Shown here: in pieces, positions 1-6,600 of the stretch | Position numbering within the stretch: the stretch's first letter is position 1 | How the letters are laid out: every line of letters starts with the position of its first letter | Virus record (IMG/VR): IMGVR_UViG_3300045988_011936 | Coordinates: 1-32,000 of that record | Reading direction: 5' to 3' (one strand) | Source: a virus | Length of the DNA stretch: 32,000 nt | The notes under the pieces: model-generated | Databases searched by the model: none | What the model was told of the DNA's origin: nothing | What the model saw: the letters and a program-made list of their open reading frames with translations, nothing else | Made by a program: the position numbers and the translations under genes

Positions 1-229
1 TGTATGAATCTGCCTGTTTTTGCGTGATTTGACCTTCTGAAACAAGAGCAGCTAAGCTAGCTGTCTTATTATTCTTCATTTCATAAAGTTCTGCTTGAGA
101 ATCCACGACCTTGACCACAGCCGCATTTCCAGTCTCTTTAACAGAATCCTTCTGCTTGCTCAAGTTAGGTACAAAGAGCAAAAGGAGAATACTGATAATG
201 AGAAGCACGACCAGCATTTCAATCAACGA
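1..229 (-). pseudogene. comGC: comGC/comYC competence (pseudo)pilin gene, 5'-truncated at the prophage junction. The 3' part runs off the window start
   Basis: Minus-strand translation reads SLIEMLVVLLIISILLLLFVPNLSKQKDSVKETGNAAVVKVVDSQAELYEMKNNKTASLAALVSEGQITQKQADSY. This is the hydrophobic type IV prepilin helix plus the KQK..AAVVKVV.SQAELY core typical of streptococcal ComGC. The leader peptide and the G/A-F-T-L prepilin cleavage motif are absent. Unrelated in-frame sequence (MLPSLFYAQSRILV, ATG at 271) replaces them. Confidence 0.75.
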
Positions 230-383
230 TACTAAAATTCTTGATTGAGCATAAAAAAGACTTGGCAGCATGAGCTACCAAGCGACATGAAAAAACAAAA
301 ACATTCGGCACGCAATCGCCTAAAATACATCTATAGTGTACCTTTATTTAGATTAAATGTCTAACGATTTATCATGAATACAC

Positions 384-408
384 AAAAAAGGCTAGGATAC
401 CCCTAGTC
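384..408 (-). terminator. Rho-independent terminator after the 98-aa/60-aa cassette
   Basis: On the minus strand the stem GACTAGG / CCTAGCC (about 7 bp including one G.U, 5-nt loop) overlaps the TAG stop and is followed by TTTTTTG. Confidence 0.55.
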
Positions 409-585
409 TTTTATCGTTCCCAGATTACAACGTCTTTCTGCGATAAGCTCCTCTAGTTCGTTCAAATCCGAACCCGTAGCATGATTTCTGATAAAGCTAC
501 GAGCGGACGACCTTTTAGAGAGATAATTTCTATGCTCTCTATTGTTTGCATTCCACTTCTTAGTGGCCTTTGCTTGTGCGTCCAT
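403..585 (-). CDS. Hypothetical small basic protein (60 aa), second gene of the accessory cassette
   Basis: The ORF starts 9 nt after the stop of the 98-aa ORF. It is Lys/Arg-rich and predicted helical (KKWNANNREHRNYLSKRSSARSFIRN...LNELEELIAERR). No family recognised. Confidence 0.6.
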   Translation of the reverse strand: MDAQAKATKKWNANNREHRNYLSKRSSARSFIRNHATGSDLNELEELIAERRCNLGTIKD

Positions 586-594
586 GCGATCTAC

Positions 595-891
595 TCACTT
601 TCCAAATCTAGCGACGAATAATTTATGATATAACTCAATGTCATCGTTAGTGACATCTAACAATTTGCCGTGAGATTTTTTAACATTCACGTATTTTTCA
701 AGTTCTTCGACGTTACGCATATTGCCGATGTCGTAGCCGGCTGTTAACAAACCATACAATGCTTTGTGGATTTCTCGCAAACTATCATTTTCCAATTTTT
801 TAGAAAGATTGAACATTTTGCTTGATGTTGCAGAATCGTTTTTGATCTCGTCTGTGTATCGAGAACCTAAAATTGTTTGACCGTTTTTCAT
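595..891 (-). CDS. Hypothetical protein (98 aa), first gene of the accessory cassette
   Basis: ATG ORF downstream of a consensus promoter and a structured leader of about 45 nt. No recognisable domain. Confidence 0.65.
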   Translation of the reverse strand: MKNGQTILGSRYTDEIKNDSATSSKMFNLSKKLENDSLREIHKALYGLLTAGYDIGNMRNVEELEKYVNVKKSHGKLLDVTNDDIELYHKLFVARFGK

Positions 892-944
892 TTTGTTTTA
901 CCTTGAGAGCTTCGTTCGCTCTCCCTTTCCTTATCTTCATTTAT

Positions 945-973
945 ATTATAGTACATATACTATATGTTGTCAA
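945..973 (-). promoter_or_regulatory. Perfect consensus sigma-A promoter with a palindrome in the spacer
   Basis: The minus strand reads TTGACA (973-968), a 17-nt spacer, then TATAAT (950-945). The spacer contains the perfect 7-1-7 palindrome ACATATA-G-TATATGT (967-953). Confidence 0.6.
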
Positions 974-1011
974 CACTTTTGATAAAGAATTTTAAGTTTT
1001 TTTTGCAAAAC

Positions 1012-1035
1012 AAAAAAACCCGACATAAGCCGGGG
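1012..1035 (-). terminator. Rho-independent terminator
   Basis: Minus strand CCCCGGC-TTAT-GTCGGG followed by TTTTTTTG. Confidence 0.65.
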
Positions 1036-1049
1036 CGTTCGAGAGTTTA

Positions 1050-1178
1050 TCAGAAGATGACAGTTTTACTGTATCCGTAATCTATAGTAACACTTATAAG
1101 AATGTTAAGCAAATAAAAAAAGCCTAGCATCAGAACGTATCTGTCCATAATGGAAGCTAGGGGTTTGTCATTGCGCAT
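1050..1178 (-). CDS. Tentative 42-aa hydrophobic peptide (or non-coding RNA) in its own promoter-terminator unit
   Basis: ORF MRNDKPLASIMDRYVLMLGFFYLLNILISVTIDYGYSKTVIF ends in TGA TAA and has one predicted TM segment. It lies between a promoter (1183-1210) and the terminator at 1012-1035. There is no Shine-Dalgarno, and the first ATG is only 4 nt after the -10 box, so coding status is uncertain. Confidence 0.3.
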   Translation of the reverse strand: MRNDKPLASIMDRYVLMLGFFYLLNILISVTIDYGYSKTVIF

Positions 1179-1182
1179 TCTT

Positions 1183-1210
1183 AGTATACCACAATCCTAT
1201 ATTTTAGCAA
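1183..1210 (-). promoter_or_regulatory. Candidate promoter TTGCTA-16-TATACT with a TG extension
   Basis: Minus strand TTGCTA (1210-1205), 16-nt spacer ending in TGG, then TATACT (1188-1183). Confidence 0.4.
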
Positions 1211-1262
1211 ATAAAAAACCACCGTAAAGGTGGTGGTGCCTATGAGGACTTCTCTCAAAACC
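1211..1262 (-). ncRNA. Putative small RNA of about 50 nt (sRNA1)
   Basis: An extended -10 promoter (1269-1277) is followed about 50 nt later by the hairpin CCACC-TTTAC-GGTGG plus TTTTTT (1233-1213). There is no ORF in between. Confidence 0.25.
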
Positions 1263-1268
1263 AATATC

Positions 1269-1277
1269 ATTATAACA
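1269..1277 (-). promoter_or_regulatory. Extended -10 promoter element TGTTATAAT
   Basis: Exact TGnTATAAT on the minus strand, immediately after the lysin terminator. Confidence 0.4.
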
Positions 1278-1278
1278 C

Positions 1279-1306
1279 AAAAAAAGCCCCAGCACAATGC
1301 TGAGGC
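1279..1306 (-). terminator. Rho-independent terminator of the lysis operon
   Basis: Minus strand GCCTCAGC-ATTGT-GCTGGGGC followed by TTTTTTTG, about 90 nt after the lysin stop. Confidence 0.7.
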
Positions 1307-1394
1307 TCGACCACTACCACCATGATGTCCGAACTGTGGTCTGTCGGGAGGTGATATACTCCTTTTTGTTTTATAGTTTGCGTGGTCTGGTTAA

Positions 1395-2114
1395 TTACAT
1401 TTCCGTGCAATCGTCCAAATACTGGTCTTCAACCCATTGAGCGCTGTCTGGGTGGTTGATTCGAGACCAGCCGTTTAGTTTCTCGTAAACACGGACTCGT
1501 GTGCCTGCTGGGAGAAATTCCTTGTCTTGGCTATCGATGCGAGGACCAGCTTCAACGTAGTAGTCAGTGGTAAGAGTGCCTTCATAATAGGGTTTGTCCG
1601 ACTTCTCTAAACGGGTATTAACATCTAATTCACGCTCAAATTCGCTTTGGGCTGGTGCTGGAAGAGGCGTCCCACTTTCACGGAAAACAATTTCACGAGG
1701 ACGGCCATTTAGATCCCAGATATAATTATAATCATTTTCAGTCACTCCGTCCATGCCGTAGTTGCAATGGATAGCTGTGCTATCGCTAGTCATGATTAAT
1801 ACATGGCCGAACGCACCGAGCGAGCTTGAACCGTCACGAGGTGCCCAAATGACAACGTCCCCACGTTGACCATCGAATGTACCATCTACAGCGTCAAACA
1901 CTTTTGCATAGCCAATTGCTGGCAATGCTTGTTGAAGTGATTCTGTGTTGTTATTTAAGCTGATTTCGAGTGCGTAGCTTACTGCTGACGAGCAGTCAAA
2001 TTCAATGCGTCCATCTCCGTCAGCGTCATTTCCGTAACGGTCACCCATATCGTAATGTACAGGGATTGATTGTAGATGGTGCATACGTGCAATACTTGAT
2101 TCAATTTTACTCAT
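1395..2114 (-). CDS. Endolysin: Amidase_5-type (Pal-like) cysteine peptidoglycan hydrolase with a C-terminal SH3b domain
   Basis: Start chosen at MSKIESS (ATG 2114), preceded by AAGGAAGGA. The motifs FDCSS, RGDVVIW, GHVLIM and IHCNY parallel the N-terminal domain of the phage Dp-1 Pal amidase. The C-terminus (GWSRINH) looks like SH3b. The longer 271-aa ORF overlaps the holin and lacks an RBS. Confidence 0.85.
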   Translation of the reverse strand: MSKIESSIARMHHLQSIPVHYDMGDRYGNDADGDGRIEFDCSSAVSYALEISLNNNTESLQQALPAIGYAKVFDAVDGTFDGQRGDVVIWAPRDGSSSLGAFGHVLIMTSDSTAIHCNYGMDGVTENDYNYIWDLNGRPREIVFRESGTPLPAPAQSEFERELDVNTRLEKSDKPYYEGTLTTDYYVEAGPRIDSQDKEFLPAGTRVRVYEKLNGWSRINHPDSAQWVEDQYLDDCTEM

Positions 2115-2133
2115 TTTTAGTTCCTTCCTTCGA

Positions 2134-2370
2134 TTAGTCTTGCTTTGGTTCGTGGTAGCCCAAGGCTTGCTCACTGTCTCCAAGACCCTTGGTAGTTGGG
2201 TCTGTAACAATTCCGAGGATTACCAAAATCACAACAAATGTATTTACACCCTCTTGAATATTATGGGGAATTTCAAGCCCGAATTGTTGCAACATCAAAA
2301 ATACTGCTGAGATAAGAGCTACTAGAGTAGCTTTGTTTTGCAAGCGTAGTTTAAAATTAATCATTGTCAT
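2134..2370 (-). CDS. Holin, small (phi LC3-like family)
   Basis: 78 aa (M)INFKLRLQNKATLVALISAVFL... with two hydrophobic segments and an AAGGAG RBS, directly upstream of the lysin. Confidence 0.75.
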   Translation of the reverse strand: MTMINFKLRLQNKATLVALISAVFLMLQQFGLEIPHNIQEGVNTFVVILVILGIVTDPTTKGLGDSEQALGYHEPKQD

Positions 2371-2785
2371 TTTTCTCCTTTTCTTCTTTCAGAAAGAATT
2401 TCTCTTTATCGATATTCTTTTTAACGTATTTGTCGATATAAGGGATTTCAACCCCTAGCGCTGATAGACTAGCCAAAATACTAGAGCCGTAAGCCGCAAT
2501 CATGGAAAAAATGAATGTATCAACGATACTCGTCAGATTCATAAAATTTGCAAATGGATAGAATATCGCCACAAACGCAATCATCGCTGTGTGGCTGACT
2601 GCTCCTTTGCGGAATTTTGTACTTGAAAGTTCGTGAGCAACCCAAGCCCTAGATACACCCACAGCAATATCTGAGAAGATGACGATGACGAGAAAGAGAA
2701 CCCATGGATGCTCATCAATACCGTGTGCATAAAAGTCTCGGACTACATCAAATAGCCCAAAAATGCCGTCTGGTTTCTGTGCCAT
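2357..2785 (-). CDS. Holin / membrane protein (phage_holin_4-like)
   Basis: Start taken at MAQKPDG (TAATG overlap with the upstream stop, GAAGGAG RBS). About 4 TM segments and a charged C-terminal tail (KEKFFLKEEKEKNDND). Confidence 0.7.
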   Translation of the reverse strand: MAQKPDGIFGLFDVVRDFYAHGIDEHPWVLFLVIVIFSDIAVGVSRAWVAHELSSTKFRKGAVSHTAMIAFVAIFYPFANFMNLTSIVDTFIFSMIAAYGSSILASLSALGVEIPYIDKYVKKNIDKEKFFLKEEKEKNDND

Positions 2786-3384
2786 TAATTCTCCTTCGGT
2801 TTGAATAGCCATGCTGTAGCAGCCCCGTTATTTTCTAGTTTGCCACCTTTTGCGAAATCAGCGAACGGTTGATTTTCGTAAGTGAAACTTCCATTAACTT
2901 GGATAAGTACCAGTTTGCCTTCTCCATCCACTTCTTCGTGACTAGGGTCTTCGATAGCAAAGATATCCCCAGCGTTGAATACATCGCCTTTTTTAGCGAC
3001 GGGCAACAATTCCAGATATTGCTTGTAAATTGTGCCGTACTGGATATTTTGGCTCATTACCGCATTGAGAGTGGACACGTTAGCGATTTTACGAGTAAGT
3101 TCGCTTTGTTCAGCGACTTTCTCAGCTAAGCTCAAGCGGCTGTCAAGGTCTTTAATAGATTCCTCTGACTTAGCTTGGTAGCGTGCCAATGCCCCCGCAG
3201 GGTCCAATTCAGTCGCTAAAATATCCAAGATAAGCTGAATTTTAGCTTCTTCCGTCTTGTTGGTGTGGTCCCCGGGCACATCACGGGTCAACCACGTCGA
3301 GCCATCTTTGGACTGGACAGCAATCCGTGTTGTTGTCGGGTTGGTCAGATAACTCGATGTAACACTGAAATTAGACTTATTCAT
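2785..3384 (-). CDS. Hypothetical phage protein (199 aa) between the tail fibre and the holins
   Basis: Start at MNKSNFSV (ATG 3384), preceded by AAAGGAG. The position is typical of conserved streptococcal phage proteins of unknown function. Confidence 0.6.
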   Translation of the reverse strand: MNKSNFSVTSSYLTNPTTTRIAVQSKDGSTWLTRDVPGDHTNKTEEAKIQLILDILATELDPAGALARYQAKSEESIKDLDSRLSLAEKVAEQSELTRKIANVSTLNAVMSQNIQYGTIYKQYLELLPVAKKGDVFNAGDIFAIEDPSHEEVDGEGKLVLIQVNGSFTYENQPFADFAKGGKLENNGAATAWLFKPKEN

Positions 3385-3598
3385 TAGCCGCTCCTTTCTG
3401 CGCTGCCTCATTAAAGAGGTCGTTAAGGGCTGAATCAGACGCCAGTACATTTTGATAATGCTCTAGTTGTGATTTGGCTTGCTCAAGTTCGCTAACAGTT
3501 GACTGCAAGCGAGCCTTAAACTCAGCTTTTTCAATCGTCAAATTAGCGTTCTGACTTGCGATGTCTTGAATCATTGAAGTGTAAATTTGTTCGTTCAT
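3377..3598 (-). CDS. Hypothetical coiled-coil protein (73 aa)
   Basis: Start at MNEQIYT (ATG 3598), preceded by AAAGGAAAT. The sequence is helical throughout. Confidence 0.55.
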   Translation of the reverse strand: MNEQIYTSMIQDIASQNANLTIEKAEFKARLQSTVSELEQAKSQLEHYQNVLASDSALNDLFNEAAQKGAANE

Positions 3599-3611
3599 TA
3601 ATATTTCCTTT

Positions 3612-6600
3612 CTACCAATGGTCGATTTTCCCAAAAGTGGCTTGTTCGTTTTTTAAAGCGTTGATAAATGCAGGATCCTTCCCGTTCCCTCCAACGTTTA
3701 GGAAATGCTGCCAAACCCTAGCGAGTGCCGCAGCAGCAAATGCAAGGTTGGTAACATTTATCCAACGTCCATCTGGAAGTGAAGCTGGGTGGAAAGAGAA
3801 TCCTCGGTTAATGTGGAAGTCATCTTTTAACAAAATTCTGTCACCGTACAATTCGGCTTGGTCAAAAACTGCGTTATGTTCCAAACCTCTTGCAGCACGA
3901 TACACACGAAGCCCTGCGAAACGACCAGATGACGCTGAATTGACTCCATCTCCAGAGGATGTAACGCCGATGGCCGCAAACAACGAACCGGTATTCTGGT
4001 CTTCGTCTGGTGGGGTGTCGTTGAAGTGCACAAACGCTGTGTGCGGCCCCTTACGTCGAACCAGCGCGTTATCCTTATTGTGAAATTCAATCGTTGCATT
4101 ATCGTAGAAATGAATCTCAGATTGGTTTAAGTCAACTCGCATTGAGCCGTTAAGCCCTTCTATTTTACCTCCACGATAATTTAAACCAGTAAACGTACCA
4201 CTAGTAACGCTTGAAGCATTCAGATTGACAACGTCAACCAGTGAAGCGTTTAAGCGCCCGCTAGTGATTTTACTTGCTGAAAGCTCTCCGATTTTGGCTG
4301 AGCTAATGACTCCATCCTCGATGTAAGTAGAACCGGTGATTTGAACCAGTTTACCATCAATTTTAACCGAACCGTCCTTATTGAGGTTGATTTGGTTGAG
4401 CACATCACCAGACCTTGTTAGGTTCTTAACAGCCCATGAACCAGCAATCTGCGACATTTCGGTTTTGATAGCGTATGTTTCAGTGTTGAATCTGCTAGCT
4501 AGTCCGCTGATACTGTCGTTATTAAAGTTAGCCAAGCCCTCTAGTCCTTTAACAGTCGTAACTAACCCGTTAGCTGTTTGAACGACCCGAGAAATAGACT
4601 GCCCTTGTTCGCCGATTGTACGACTAAAGCTGTCAACGGTTGATTTGATTTCATTGAATTTAACAGTTACTTCTTTGTTGATATCCTTTGGCGACGGTTG
4701 CCATGCACGATCAAGAGTACCTTCATAACAATCTAATTCTGTGAAAAACAGCAACGACTCTCTGCCGTCGTTTGTGCCGTTGTTGTCAATTCGGACATAA
4801 CCTTCGTCACAATCGCCCGTGTTGAACGTAAAATGCCATTTAACCATTCCAGTTGTTGACGGTGAGCCGTTATGATATTTTAGACCGACTGCCTTTGTAT
4901 ATGTTCGGTTAGTTTCGTTAGATTTACGACCTAGAAAAAAAACATCTACCCCTGTGATGTTCCCACTTGCGAACGTTTGAAGATTGAGTGAATATGTGGT
5001 ATTGCGCTTAACCGGGAAACGTTGAGTAGGTATCGTAACTTCTGTTGTTCTCGTATTTTTTAATAGGAATAACGGTCTAGCACTATTGTAGTAAAAACCA
5101 TGATTAGAGATGGATAGATTTGCATTATAGCCCCAATTATCCAAGTTTTCAGGAAAAGCAGAATTGAGAATTAAATTTTCACCACCAACTGAGAGTGTAT
5201 CAACTGACGGAATCTGTCTCTTGACTTCACTGATTAATTGCGTTGTCCCTTGCTCGGATTGTTTAATCAGATTAGTGACGGCTGTAGCGGTCGCAAAACC
5301 TTTACTATCCATGGCACTATCAAGGTCAGCTCTAGACAGTTTAGTTTCAATTTGACCGGCTAGTGTGCTGATTTGAGTTTCTGCATTAGTGACTTTATTT
5401 CCAAGGATGTCAAAATCAACTCTTGAAACCTTTTGAGCGATAGAATCCGCTGTAACATGTAATTCTGCGTTAGTCTGGTTGATTTTACGCTCTAACTCTT
5501 GACCTTTAGACACTGCACTGTCAGCCGTAGCTTTGGCAGTTTGGACTTCTGTCCGGTCTGCTTTTAAACTGATTTTGCTATCTGTCTGAGTGATTGCGGT
5601 ACTATTAGCCGCTACGCTCTTGGACAATTTGTCAAAATCTGTCTTCGATACCTTAGACGACATTTCACCGACCAATTGATCAACCTTGGTTTCAGCGCTA
5701 GTCATGCGGCTATCTGTTTCAGATTGTTTCTGTGATAGCTGACTGACACCCTGCTCGGTCTGTGTTATCGTCGTTTTAACCGTGCTGATTTCGGCTTCGG
5801 TATCCTCTGGTGCTACTGTATGCTGCAAGGGGATGAGTGCCCCTCTAACCAGCATAGGCGGTTTGATTTTCAGATACCCATTTCTGACCACTGATATGTA
5901 AAATGGCCACTCTCCAAGCTCAACGCTCTTGCTAGTAGTAAACGTCAATTTGACATCAAACCATTCATCTTTAACGCCCGTCGGTATGTCATAGACGAAT
6001 AAATGATCATTACTTTTATGATTTTTTATCATAATTTTAGCGCCGAAATCAATGTCGATGCTGCTGTCGATGTAAATCGGGACTAGAAGTGAGAATGTTT
6101 CGCCGGATTCAATCTTCGTAACGGCCATATCCCATGAGATTCCAGCATAAACATCATTAGGATAGTTTTGGGAATCGATGATGTAGGTCTGACTGTCGGT
6201 AGTAGCATTACTTCCTGACGGCTGGCGGTGTAAGTTCTCGAAGTCTGCTGATTTCAAAATCAAGTTACGACTGCCAAAATCTGTCGGAATCTTGCTGTCT
6301 ACTCGGCTAATCTCAGTAGTGATTTTATTTCCTAGCTGAGTGATTGAACTTTCAGCCGTCGCAAGTCTCTGAGTAGCGTTGTTAAAATCACTTGTCTTCA
6401 CTCGTTGACTAATCTCATTAGCTTGTTGAGTGATACGGCTTTCAGCGTTTAACACTCGATTATTGACATTGTCAAGCTCTTGTTTGTTAGCTTTAGACGC
6501 AATCATGTCCGCTTGCTGAGTGATTGATGTTTCAGCACGATCCACACGTCCTGTCAGCGTGTCTACGTCCTGCTTGTTGGCTTTCTGGCTGATTTGCCCA

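Noticed and set aside
250-285. Weak hairpin CTTGG(12 nt)CCAAG plus a T run just before the comGC remnant. Also a 25-codon plus-strand ORF starting at 287.
   Set aside because: A 5-bp stem with a large loop, and the ORF has no RBS. The region is more likely the att arm. The hairpin is noted only as a possible insulator.
1123-1161. Hairpin CCTAGC...GCTAGG followed by a T run on the minus strand, considered as a fourth terminator.
   Set aside because: It is only a 6-bp stem with a 27-nt loop, and it lies inside the 42-codon ORF. It is too weak to call.
1395-2210. Long 271-aa form of the lysin ORF, which overlaps the small holin gene.
   Set aside because: The extension has no RBS and overlaps the holin coding region. 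An internal ATG at 2114 has a strong AAGGAAGGA RBS and begins the recognisable Amidase_5 domain.
3556-4083. Plus-strand ORFs antisense to the Tal/fibre gene, and likewise 4381-4581, 5164-5355, 6739-6987 and 7333-7557.
   Set aside because: They lie entirely inside a well-supported minus-strand gene, lack RBSs, and have low-complexity, unusual composition. They are antisense-frame artefacts.
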